Below are positions 1 to 7,935 of a stretch of 52,774 nucleotides of DNA, piece after piece. The stretch spans positions 1 to 52,774 of the IMG/VR virus record IMGVR_UViG_3300025679_000009. One strand, 5' to 3'. The notes beneath the pieces are model-generated. The model made no database searches and was not told where the DNA came from. It was given only the letters and a program-made list of their open reading frames with translations. The position numbers and the translations under genes are program-made. This DNA is from a virus. Lineage: Duplodnaviria; Caudoviricetes. Numbering within the stretch: position 1 is the stretch's first letter; each line of letters starts with the position of its first letter.

Positions 1-9
1 GGGTTGTCC

Positions 10-38
10 TTGACTTGGGACAATCCCGCCTTTAACTC
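10..38 (+). promoter_or_regulatory. putative sigma70 promoter of tRNA-Asp
   Basis: TTGACT at 10-15 and AT-rich TTAACT about 16-17 bp downstream, just before the tRNA. Confidence 0.5.
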
Positions 39-52
39 CTCCCCACGCCCGC

Positions 53-129
53 GGGGGCGTAGCTCAGTTGGTTAGAGCGCTGCCCTGTCACGGCAGAGGC
101 CGCGGGTTCGAGTCCCGTCGCTCCCGCCA
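53..129 (+). tRNA. tRNA-Asp(GTC), prophage integration target
   Basis: Acceptor stem GGGGGCG/CGCTCCC, D arm, anticodon arm CTGCC-CT-GTC-AC-GGCAG, GGTTCGAGTCC T loop, encoded CCA. Confidence 0.97.
78..129 (+). repeat. attL core (52 bp)
   Basis: Identical to 52269-52320. Confidence 0.95.
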
Positions 130-153
130 ATTTCTTCTTATTTTTCAGTACCA

Positions 154-498
154 TTAGATAACCCCCTCGGCTTGATTCGACTCATCGTCCCCCGAGCGAT
201 TCGACTCTTGGTTAGAAAGCTGCGCGGGCCCGTCGGTAAAACCGACCGCTCCGAAGTAATCCGGCGTCACGTGGTCGCCGAAGACCCAGCGGTCGCCTAT
301 GCGATTGCGCACGGTCACGATGTGGGTGTCCCATCCGATCCGCGCGTCGAAGCCGTAAGGCGACACCCTCACGTCCTCGTTTGAAACCGGCAGGGCAAGT
401 TCCTGGGCTAGGTGCGCGACCAGCGCCTCTCGGGACGGTAATTCGATCGCCTCGCGCATAGCGTCTGCGAGCGATCCTCTTTGTGGCCGGTACTTCAC
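154..498 (-). CDS. hypothetical phage protein
   Basis: GTG start overlaps integrase stop; protein-like composition. Confidence 0.6.
   Translation of the reverse strand: MKYRPQRGSLADAMREAIELPSREALVAHLAQELALPVSNEDVRVSPYGFDARIGWDTHIVTVRNRIGDRWVFGDHVTPDYFGAVGFTDGPAQLSNQESNRSGDDESNQAEGVI
174..207. promoter_or_regulatory. putative integrase arm-type sites at attL (GATTCGACTC x2)
   Basis: 10-mer at 174-183 and 198-207; its reverse complement occurs twice inside attR. Confidence 0.65.
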
Positions 499-1778
499 TG
501 GCTGCCTCCCTCCCGCAGCTTGTCACGGCCACGCACGCGCGCGGCGTCGGCGAGGCGGATGAGCGTCGCGTCCTGGCGCATCGCCGGCATGTAGGTGTCG
601 TGCAGCTTCGCGTCCGACTCGATGTTGTTGGCCAGCTTGCGCCCAAGGGCGGCGGTCGTGACGCCGCCGAGCTCGGCCTCTTTGGCGCCGGAGCGGCGGA
701 AGTCGGCGAGCTTGCGGGTGTCGCCGGGAAACTCGGCCGCCACCACGTCGCGGAAGTCGCGCCCGAGCTTGTCCTTGCTGTAGGCCTGCGGCAGCCAGCG
801 CCGGCCGCCCTTCGGTCCAGGCGCGGCGCCTGCGGTGCGGAACATCGGGATCGTGTCGATGACCTGCGCCGGCAACAGGCTTGTGCGGTAAAGCTCGATC
901 AGGCTCTGCGCGCGCTTGGAGAGCGTGCCGATCGCCGCCTTGCCGGTCTTGGCGCGCTGCAGCTCAAAGAACGGCCCCTGGGCGTCGCCGCGCATCTGTG
1001 CGCGCGTCAGGGTGCGGACGTCGACCGGCGACAGGCTTGTGTCCCAGGCGGTCGCCATGATGCAGGCGAGGCCCTTCAGGTCCATGCGCCAGGCGCGCTT
1101 GACCAGGCGCACGGCCTCGCCTTCGCGCCAGACCGCGGTGCGCGGCGTCGGTGTCTTGCGCCGGATGCCGAGCGACGGGTCCGCCCTCGAGTCACAATAT
1201 TTGCCGCCGGCGGGCCGGTTGATCGTGCCGGCGACCTTCCACAGCGCCCGCCAGATCTTCATGACCATGTAGGCCTCGCTGACGCCGATCGTCTCGAGGA
1301 GGCCTTTGATCTCGCCGCCGTCGCCGCAATACCAGAGGTCGATGTCCTCGAGGCCGATGGTCGGCGGGTCGACGTCGCCGAACACCGGCTCGATCTGGCG
1401 CCAGCCGCGCGCCCAGTTGTCGCGCGTGCCTTTGGCTTTTCCCTTAAAGGCGCCGGTCTGCCGGTAGCGCTCGTAGGCCTCGCCCAGGCTGTTCGGCGGA
1501 AACACGCGGACGAGCTGATTGAGCTTCGGCACGCTCTCGCCGGCACCGTGCGTGGCCTTCGCGGCGTCCCATTTGGCGTTCCAGCTCTGCGCGATCGACC
1601 AGGCGCGCGGGCCGTCCTGGCCGCAGTCGACCAGCGCAAAGCCGAGCTTCGCCATCAGCGTCGGCTCGATCTTCTTTGTCGTTGGATCGCGCCGCGCCAG
1701 ACACGGCGCCCAATAGCCCCACTTCGGGCGGCCTTCATGCTGGCGAGTGACGTAGTAGCGGATTTTCACGTTACCCAC
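495..1778 (-). CDS. int: phage integrase, divergent tyrosine recombinase
   Basis: Adjacent to attL; RAKTG lysine motif, DFRRSG box, C-terminal Tyr (HDTY); 427 aa. Confidence 0.8.
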   Translation of the reverse strand: MGNVKIRYYVTRQHEGRPKWGYWAPCLARRDPTTKKIEPTLMAKLGFALVDCGQDGPRAWSIAQSWNAKWDAAKATHGAGESVPKLNQLVRVFPPNSLGEAYERYRQTGAFKGKAKGTRDNWARGWRQIEPVFGDVDPPTIGLEDIDLWYCGDGGEIKGLLETIGVSEAYMVMKIWRALWKVAGTINRPAGGKYCDSRADPSLGIRRKTPTPRTAVWREGEAVRLVKRAWRMDLKGLACIMATAWDTSLSPVDVRTLTRAQMRGDAQGPFFELQRAKTGKAAIGTLSKRAQSLIELYRTSLLPAQVIDTIPMFRTAGAAPGPKGGRRWLPQAYSKDKLGRDFRDVVAAEFPGDTRKLADFRRSGAKEAELGGVTTAALGRKLANNIESDAKLHDTYMPAMRQDATLIRLADAARVRGRDKLREGGSQ

Positions 1779-2055
1779 CGCCGACTCCCCGTAGCCGCGC
1801 TCTAACGACGGTACGAGCGTCGCGCGCGGTCTGCGGGGTGGTCAAGAAGAGGTGTGGATAGCGGGCCTGGCGCCAGGCATCGATCGCGTCGAGGTCAAAA
1901 TTGCCGGTGGTAGGATCGGCCGACGGAAACGGCGGTTGCCGCTTCTGCAGATCGGGCAGCGCGTCCTCGAATTGCGTCAGGGACAGGCCAAGCCTGCGCG
2001 CCGCGACCGACGGCGGCACGTCGCCTCCTGGGGGCAATTTGAAGCGCATCGTCAT
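1771..2055 (-). CDS. excisionase-like DNA-binding protein
   Basis: Immediately upstream of int; AARRLGLS HTH and FDLDAIDAW wing motif; start taken at MTMRF. Confidence 0.65.
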   Translation of the reverse strand: MTMRFKLPPGGDVPPSVAARRLGLSLTQFEDALPDLQKRQPPFPSADPTTGNFDLDAIDAWRQARYPHLFLTTPQTARDARTVVRARLRGVGGG

Positions 2056-2237
2056 CGCTTCTGCTTCTTCGCTGCGTAGGTGGGGACGGCCGGCGAGTCG
2101 CGGTCCGCGTGAACAGGATGGCCCGGCGCGCCGGCCCCGCAGGTGGGGCACCATGCTGTCCCTGGCGGCGGATCGTCAGCGCTGTGCACCATGAAATGGC
2201 GCCCGCAGCTGCACGTGTGGATCAGCGACGTCGTCAT
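2052..2237 (-). CDS. small Cys-rich (Zn-ribbon-like) protein
   Basis: CSCG and CPTCG motifs; overlapping start/stop coupling. Confidence 0.55.
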   Translation of the reverse strand: MTTSLIHTCSCGRHFMVHSADDPPPGTAWCPTCGAGAPGHPVHADRDSPAVPTYAAKKQKR

Positions 2238-2467
2238 GCCGCCTCACGGAAAGGCTCGCCGCAGTGAACGCAGTGAGCCTCGCTCGGGCTGGTGAACAGA
2301 AACGAGTGCGCGCATTCCAGTGTCGGCGCCGGCGCGTCCTCGTAGCTGAAGTCGCCGTCGGCGCAAGCCGTGCACAGCGGCGGATCGAGCGAAGCCCAGC
2401 TGCACGGGCCTTCGGCCGTGACGCAGGCGTTGGTCTCGGTGCAGCCGCAGCCGACACAGATCAGCAT
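2234..2467 (-). CDS. small Cys-rich phage protein
   Basis: CVGCGCTETNAC...CSW...LCTAC motif. Confidence 0.6.
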   Translation of the reverse strand: MLICVGCGCTETNACVTAEGPCSWASLDPPLCTACADGDFSYEDAPAPTLECAHSFLFTSPSEAHCVHCGEPFREAA

Positions 2468-2721
2468 GGCCCTGCCTCCTCGGCTGGCTCCGTGCGCAAG
2501 GCAACGCTTCCGGCCTCGGTGATCCGCGATCTGCGGATGAGGTCTCCATTGCCGGAGGCGCAACGATGCAGCGACTCGAATTGCAAAAACCCGCGCGCCT
2601 CAAGCCCTTTCATCGTCGTGTAGTCTGCACCCCAAAGGCCGCCGTACCGCCGCTTTGCGATCGCGCAGCGACTATCGTTGCAGCATGCAGATGCGAGCAT
2701 TCGGTCTTCTTCCGGGCTCAC
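2461..2721 (-). CDS. hypothetical protein (wHTH-like)
   Basis: TMKGLEARGF...ITEAG; operon coupling. Confidence 0.5.
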   Translation of the reverse strand: MSPEEDRMLASACCNDSRCAIAKRRYGGLWGADYTTMKGLEARGFLQFESLHRCASGNGDLIRRSRITEAGSVALRTEPAEEAGPC

Positions 2722-3113
2722 GGGCGAGTCTCCGCAGGTTGACGGCCGCGCATGCGCTGCGCGGCGATGATCTGGCGACGCAGATCGATGGAGAGCGCGC
2801 GCAGGTCGACGATGGTCAGCGCCTCATTGAGACGCCACGCGTCGGCGGCGGCAGACGCCACGTCGCCGGCGGCCAGGTGCGTGCGCAGGAAGCCCAGCGC
2901 CGCGGCCGCGTCGTCGATCGATGTGGCGAGCAGCCGCACAAGCTCGGGCGTGAGGTCGAGCGGCTGCCGCGCGGCGGCCTCCGGTTCCCGCCCGGCGATC
3001 GCGGGGCCTATTCGTTCGGGAGGAGGAACGGCCTCGTCGCGATCGCCGGGCGGAAGGGAAAGGGCTGCATTAGCGTGTGACATGACGGTTCTCCTGTTGC
3101 TGGAGGCGCTCAC
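2718..3113 (-). CDS. hypothetical protein
   Basis: Coupled ORF in leftward operon; start uncertain. Confidence 0.5.
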   Translation of the reverse strand: MSASSNRRTVMSHANAALSLPPGDRDEAVPPPERIGPAIAGREPEAAARQPLDLTPELVRLLATSIDDAAAALGFLRTHLAAGDVASAAADAWRLNEALTIVDLRALSIDLRRQIIAAQRMRGRQPAETRP

Positions 3114-3263
3114 TCACGCGGTGGTCGGGAGCGCAGCCCGCGGCATCGCGCACGCGATCGAGCGCGGCCAGGGCGAACGTGTTTCCGGCATTGAGCGCGC
3201 GCTCGATCTCGGAGCGCAGCACCAACTCGATATAGGTCCGGGGGAGTGCCTGCACGGCCATGG

Positions 3264-3482
3264 TCAGCCTCGCCGGTAGTGCGGATAGAGCCGCTTGATA
3301 TCCTCGCGGCAGAACCCGTGCGCGGCGAGGACGAGCAGGATGTAGGCGTCCGGCATGTCGCGATGCAGATAGCGGCGGCAGACGCGTTCGAGGCGGCGCG
3401 CTTCGGCTGCCTCTCGGCGATACAGATCCCGCTCGCTGGTCCGCTGCGCGACGTCCGTTTGATCAATCAGAAGTCCTGACAT
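3264..3482 (-). CDS. hypothetical protein
   Basis: ORF from MSGLLID in leftward operon. Confidence 0.45.
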   Translation of the reverse strand: MSGLLIDQTDVAQRTSERDLYRREAAEARRLERVCRRYLHRDMPDAYILLVLAAHGFCREDIKRLYPHYRRG

Positions 3483-3593
3483 TGGCGGGCTCGCATTGAA
3501 AAAATGCCGGAGAGGCGGATACACCACGCGCCTCCCCGGCAAGGTCGGGAGGAAATCGAACGCCACACGCCACGAACGCAACAACCCGACGCG

Positions 3594-4013
3594 TCACTCC
3601 GCCGCCTGGCTCAGGGCGCGGCTGCGGCCGGCCAGGCCGCGCGCGACGTCGATCAGCGCGCGGCGATCGGCGTTAAGCTCGATCGCGGTGAAATGCTCCG
3701 CGAGCTCCCTGGCACCGTGCACGGTGAAAAAGGCGGCGAGGGCGTCGACGCCGCTGATCTTTGTTGTCTCGCCCGTGGCGCGCCCGGGCTGGCCCTCGAA
3801 GAAGAACGAGACGGGCACCTCCAGGACATCCGCAATCTGCTGCAGGCGACTCGAGCCGACTCGGTTGGTGCCCTTCTCGTATTTCTGCACCTGCTGGAAG
3901 GTGAGCTTGATTGCGATGCCGAGCTTCTCCTGGCTCATGCTCAGCATCATCCGGCGCATGCGGATGCGCGCGCCGACGTGCTTGTCGATCGGGTTGGGTA
4001 ATTTCTTCGCCAT
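3594..4013 (-). CDS. XRE-family HTH transcriptional regulator
   Basis: PNPIDKHVGARIRMRR...SQEKLG...TFQQVQKYEKGTNRV, classic alphaproteobacterial XRE signature. Confidence 0.92.
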   Translation of the reverse strand: MAKKLPNPIDKHVGARIRMRRMMLSMSQEKLGIAIKLTFQQVQKYEKGTNRVGSSRLQQIADVLEVPVSFFFEGQPGRATGETTKISGVDALAAFFTVHGARELAEHFTAIELNADRRALIDVARGLAGRSRALSQAAE

Positions 4014-4025
4014 GACGCCTACTCC

Positions 4026-4553
4026 CTACGGTTTGGCGGATGCCAGCGACGTGCGCACGATGCGGCGCGCGTGCGCGGTGAGACGACCGAGATCGATGTG
4101 GCCGCAGTCGTTGAACGAGCAGCCGTTGCGCAGCCCGTATTCCCTGGTGAGATCGCCGACGCGGTACATGACCGGGTGGGTGGTGATGTGCCGCGCCCCC
4201 TTCGCCCAATGCTGTGCGAAGTCGCAAGCGTCGCCACTGTGATGCAGGGAATTGGGGCGGTGCGACTTGGCCCACGAATAGCAGTGCACCCGGCCCTTAA
4301 AGCCGCGCGCGACGACGTCGGCGATGAACGGCACGATCTTCGGGGCGAAGCGAGCTGAGACGGTGATCGGGCCGGCGGCGCTGTCGACGGTGACGAGCTC
4401 GGCGGCATCCGCCGGCGAGGCGAGGAGGAAAGCCGCGATTGCCAGGATGGCGCCGATCGTCGCCGCGGTGGCGATCACCACGGGCACGGTGATGTCGGCA
4501 ACTTCTTTCAAAAGATACTCGGCACGCTCACTGTCGAAGCGGCGCGGGGTCAT
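4026..4553 (-). CDS. exported/membrane-anchored peptidase M15-like (LAS fold) protein
   Basis: Hydrophobic N-terminal segment; SLHHSGDACD (SxHxxGxAxD) and GHID zinc ligands. Confidence 0.6.
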   Translation of the reverse strand: MTPRRFDSERAEYLLKEVADITVPVVIATAATIGAILAIAAFLLASPADAAELVTVDSAAGPITVSARFAPKIVPFIADVVARGFKGRVHCYSWAKSHRPNSLHHSGDACDFAQHWAKGARHITTHPVMYRVGDLTREYGLRNGCSFNDCGHIDLGRLTAHARRIVRTSLASAKP

Positions 4554-4993
4554 GATTGCTCCTGCAGGAATGGATAGCGTCGCGCCATGAACGCGGCGTG
4601 CTTCTGTGCGTGCGTCAGGCGCGGCTTCACCGCGCCCGAGACGGATTTACTGATGCGCGAGCGGCGGCCGCCGGGGAGGGAATGTGGCCCAAGGCCCGGG
4701 CCGGTGACGCCGAGATTGCGCAGCCGGATGCGCTTCACCTTGGCGACCATCGGCGTGACGCTCTTGGCGCCATCGAGGCGGTTACAGACCAGGTGCCCGA
4801 CGCCGGTGGATTTGCCGCCGAGCGCTTTCGGGGTGCCGATGTGGCTCTCGTCCCAAGCCTGTCCCGGCATCACGGGCAGGTCGCAATGCACACAGATAGG
4901 GTGGGAGCCGCGCTCCGCCTTGTGCGCCGCGAGGCATTCGCGGCTGTAGAGTTCGTCGCGCCTTTTGCTGCCGAAACGCGGTTTGTACGCCAT
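4550..4993 (-). CDS. HNH endonuclease-like protein
   Basis: CVHC...WDESH...ALGG...HLVCN pattern. Confidence 0.7.
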   Translation of the reverse strand: MAYKPRFGSKRRDELYSRECLAAHKAERGSHPICVHCDLPVMPGQAWDESHIGTPKALGGKSTGVGHLVCNRLDGAKSVTPMVAKVKRIRLRNLGVTGPGLGPHSLPGGRRSRISKSVSGAVKPRLTHAQKHAAFMARRYPFLQEQS

Positions 4994-5026
4994 GGCCGAA
5001 CCCTCGGGCGATTTGATTCGGTCATC

Positions 5027-5077
5027 AGCTTACAGTTGAACTGTAAGACGGTCAAACAAAATACAGTCTAACTGTAT
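5027..5077 (-). promoter_or_regulatory. PL-like promoter with two operators (TACAG-N5-CTGTA)
   Basis: -35 TTGACC (5055-5050), 17 bp, -10 TAAGCT (5032-5027); palindromes CTTACAGTTGAACTGTAAG 5029-5047 and ATACAGTCTAACTGTAT 5061-5077. Confidence 0.75.
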
Positions 5078-5259
5078 AACGCCGTCCAGCGCTGGATAAG
5101 TGGATTGCAGGGCGCCTTCGTCGACTAGGAAGCGGGTCAGCAGCGCTGACGCGGTTTGTTCGGACTATCCACCGCTGAAAAGTTGCGCCTTGCCGAAAGT
5201 CTGGTTGCGGGCAGACGATGATTCCCGCCCGCTAAAGGCAAGAAACGGGGAGGGCTGCA

Positions 5260-5472
5260 ATGACGGTGCTCGATCTCGGAGAGAGGCGTGGGTCGGGGCG
5301 AACCTCGAAGGAGGAGGCGCCGCACGACCCGGACGATCAATGGCTAAGGCGGCAGGCCGCCGTCATCGTGTCACAGCTGCCGGATGATCATCGATCGGCG
5401 CTGATCGTGCTGGCCTGGGCCGCGGAAATAATCCGGTTTGTAAAGGCGGCCCCGCCCATCACGCCCGCCTAG
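5260..5472 (+). CDS. small hypothetical protein in the immunity region
   Basis: GGGAGG RBS, 70 aa, convergent with repressor. Confidence 0.55.
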   Translation: MTVLDLGERRGSGRTSKEEAPHDPDDQWLRRQAAVIVSQLPDDHRSALIVLAWAAEIIRFVKAAPPITPA

Positions 5473-5779
5473 ATTGGCGGCTCTTCTCGAGGCGATCGAT
5501 CTCAATGGCGAGCGCGTGCGGCAGGCCGGCGCGCTCGCCGAAATAGATATAATCCAGGCTCGCACCGGTTCGCCGCGCGACGGCCATCGCGCCGTCGATG
5601 CCGATCCGGTTGTCGCCGGTCTCGGCGTTATTCCAGGCCGAGATCCCGATGTCGCATAGCCGGGCGAATTCGGACTGGCTCATCTCGCGATCACGTTTCT
5701 GTAATGCGCTATAGGCTCGACGGACGAGCGCCAGGCGCTCGCCGATGGCCTTAGCGGAATCGACCCGTGGGGCTGCCAT
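5459..5779 (-). CDS. CI-like repressor (XRE HTH, no S24 peptidase domain)
   Basis: MSQSEFARLCDIGISAWNNAETG HTH, ASLDYIYFG; divergent from cro-like gene. Confidence 0.82.
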   Translation of the reverse strand: MAAPRVDSAKAIGERLALVRRAYSALQKRDREMSQSEFARLCDIGISAWNNAETGDNRIGIDGAMAVARRTGASLDYIYFGERAGLPHALAIEIDRLEKSRQSRRA

Positions 5780-5835
5780 GATGGCCGGGAGGGTTTCAAA
5801 CTCCGGACGAAGCGGCCATCGCGCAGAAAGCAAAC

Positions 5836-5864
5836 TTGACACCTTACAGCCTCGCTGTAAATCT
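5836..5864 (+). promoter_or_regulatory. PR-like promoter with third operator
   Basis: TTGACA at 5836-5841; palindrome TTACAGCCTCGCTGTAA at 5844-5860 with the same TACAG-N5-CTGTA consensus. Confidence 0.75.
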
Positions 5865-5872
5865 TTCGCGCC

Positions 5873-6103
5873 ATGAAGATTCGGCGCCTCCAAACCGTCC
5901 CCGACGTCATCGATGCGCTCGGTCCCGATCGGGTCCGTGCGCTGACTGGCAAGCGCAGCAACAACCTCACAAACTGGAAGGCCTCCGGCTTCTTCCCGCC
6001 TGAGACCTTCCTCGTGCTGACCGACGCTCTCAGGAGCCTCGGCTGTGCGGCGCCGCCTTCGCTGTGGCGAATGATCCGGCCGGCGAAGGTGCGCGCGGCC
6101 TGA
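5873..6103 (+). CDS. Cro-like protein
   Basis: VIDALG...VRALTG...LTNWK...FPP Cro/CII-like HTH; divergent from cI. Confidence 0.78.
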   Translation: MKIRRLQTVPDVIDALGPDRVRALTGKRSNNLTNWKASGFFPPETFLVLTDALRSLGCAAPPSLWRMIRPAKVRAA

Positions 6104-6247
6104 TTTGTCGGGGCTGTCAAGCGGAGAGTCGAGTCGTTTTGCGGCGCTGAACGGGGTTCTGACCCCCCTGTGAATTGGTGTGGACGCCTGTGGATTGTTC
6201 GTTGCGTGCGTCGCGTTTTGATCCCGCTCACCTCCGCGAGGCCGCGC

Positions 6248-6466
6248 ATGCTCGAGTCTACTATTGTGCACGTCGCCGCCGACGATCGCCACGAAATGGT
6301 CGCCGTGCTGTTGCCGAAGAGCTTAGTGGCGCGGCTGCGAGCCCGGTGCGATGCCGATGGCGAGCAGGTCCACGAAGTGGTGGCTGACGCGATTGATCTA
6401 CACCTCGACGCGCTCGCCGCCGGCGAAGACCTGCCGGCCGGAGCCATCGCGCGGGTGCTGTCATGA
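6248..6466 (+). CDS. ribbon-helix-helix-like hypothetical protein
   Basis: VAVLLPKSLVARLRARC...VVADAIDLHL; start uncertain. Confidence 0.5.
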   Translation: MLESTIVHVAADDRHEMVAVLLPKSLVARLRARCDADGEQVHEVVADAIDLHLDALAAGEDLPAGAIARVLS

Positions 6467-6618
6467 GGCCGCGCACGATCGAGAAATTCCCGCCGCCGCG
6501 GCCCTCCTTCGCCGGCAACGCGGTGCTGGTGCTGATCGCTTTCGCCATCATCGTCGCTGTTGCCGCGGTGCTGACACCGATCCTGCGCGACGCCTGCGCG
6601 TTCGGGTGCCCGCTGTGA
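6463..6618 (+). CDS. small membrane protein
   Basis: ATGA overlap; 51 aa with a single hydrophobic helix. Confidence 0.5.
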   Translation: MRPRTIEKFPPPRPSFAGNAVLVLIAFAIIVAVAAVLTPILRDACAFGCPL

Positions 6619-6641
6619 GCGGGGATGATCACATCCGCCGA

Positions 6642-6914
6642 ATGGCCGCGCGGGCGGCCGACCCGCATCAGTTTGCCAAGGATCAGCTCAAGGCGCTGGT
6701 CGAGCGCATCGAACGGCTCAATGAGGAGCGCAAGGAGCTGTCGAACGATGTGCGCGACGTTTACGCGGAAGCCAAGGCCACCGGCTACAGCACGCGCGCA
6801 CTCAAACATGTCATTCGCATCCGGGAGTACGACCGGGAGCACGGTGCCGACGCGCGGCGTTCGGAAGAGGCGATCATCGAAACCTATCTCGCTGCGCTGG
6901 GGATGGCGCCATGA
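6642..6914 (+). CDS. gapR: GapR-like (DUF2312) nucleoid-associated protein
   Basis: AKDQLKALVERIERLNEERKELSNDVRDVYAEAKATGY...ETYLAALGM. Confidence 0.88.
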   Translation: MAARAADPHQFAKDQLKALVERIERLNEERKELSNDVRDVYAEAKATGYSTRALKHVIRIREYDREHGADARRSEEAIIETYLAALGMAP

Positions 6915-7237
6915 GTGGCACGCACATTGCTACGCGCGGGCGCGGGCGGGACGGCTTACTCGAAACCTACATGCTGGCGCTGGGGATGCTGTCGTGAAGG
7001 CAGCCGGGCGCCAACCGTTTGCGTCGGTGCGGGCCGCGATCTGCGGCCGCCTGCAGCGGGGCCGAGGGTCGCCGCCGCAGGTCTCATCCGCTAAACGCAC
7101 CGACGTTGATCGGCCTCGCCCGGAGACGCTTTGCCTCGTCGGTGCGGGCGAGGCCGGTCGCGTACTTCTGATCCTGGTCGCGACGCGCGCCGGTCAGACG
7201 GCACAGCCTCCGTAAGGCCGCCCCAGGATGAGCTTCA

Positions 7238-7251
7238 GTTTCACGTGAAAC
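7238..7251. promoter_or_regulatory. parS-like palindrome
   Basis: Perfect GTTTCACGTGAAAC, matching the core of the bacterial chromosomal parS consensus; intergenic. Confidence 0.7.
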
Positions 7252-7266
7252 GTCGGGGGTAGAGCG

Positions 7267-7935
7267 TTGACGACGCTTGATCAATCGCGCGCGTGGCCGT
7301 TCGGCGCGCTTAAACCTTTCAGCTATGACCTTGCGATGATCGACCCGCCTTGGCCTACCGAAATGCGGTCGCCGAAAGGTGAGGCCAAAAGCTTTGCGAG
7401 ACACTACGGAGCAATGAGCTTCGAACAGATTCGCGAGCTGCCGGTCGGGCAGCTGCTCAAGCGCGACGCCGTCGTCTTCCTGTGGTGCACCTGGCCGCTG
7501 CTGCTCGATGGCGGCGACGCAAAACGCCACTTCCGCGACCATAACGCCGGGCGCTCGCGCGTCGGCGAGTGTCTGCAGCGCTGGGGCCTGCGCTACGTCA
7601 CCGGTGGCTCCTGGCACAAGCAGACGGTGACCGGCAAGACGGCCTTCGGCACCGGCTACGCGGTGCGGTCGGCCTGCGAGCCGTTCCTCATCGGCAAGCT
7701 CGGGAGGCCGAATCATAGCCGCTCAGAGCGCAATCTGATCGTCGGTCTGGCGCGCGAGCACTCGCGCAAGCCGGACGAGGCCTTCGCCTGGTGCGAGCGT
7801 TACATGGGGCCACACGCCCGCCTCGTAGAGATTTTCTCGCGCGAGAACCGTCCGTACTGGGACAGCTGGGGCTTCGAGGCCGGAAAATTCGATCCGGTGG
7901 TCTCAGAGAATGCGGCGCCGGCGGTGGCGGCATGA
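7267..7935 (+). CDS. MT-A70-family adenine methyltransferase
   Basis: IDPPW catalytic motif, FLWCT, GTGY, REHSRKPDE, EIFSRE...WG. Confidence 0.92.
   Translation: MTTLDQSRAWPFGALKPFSYDLAMIDPPWPTEMRSPKGEAKSFARHYGAMSFEQIRELPVGQLLKRDAVVFLWCTWPLLLDGGDAKRHFRDHNAGRSRVGECLQRWGLRYVTGGSWHKQTVTGKTAFGTGYAVRSACEPFLIGKLGRPNHSRSERNLIVGLAREHSRKPDEAFAWCERYMGPHARLVEIFSRENRPYWDSWGFEAGKFDPVVSENAAPAVAA

Noticed and set aside
483-1805. Long antisense/shadow ORFs (this one, 15193-16533, 17724-19490, 23111-25045, 33652-35460 and others)
   Set aside because: Typical high-GC antisense open frames opposite well-supported genes, with no motifs
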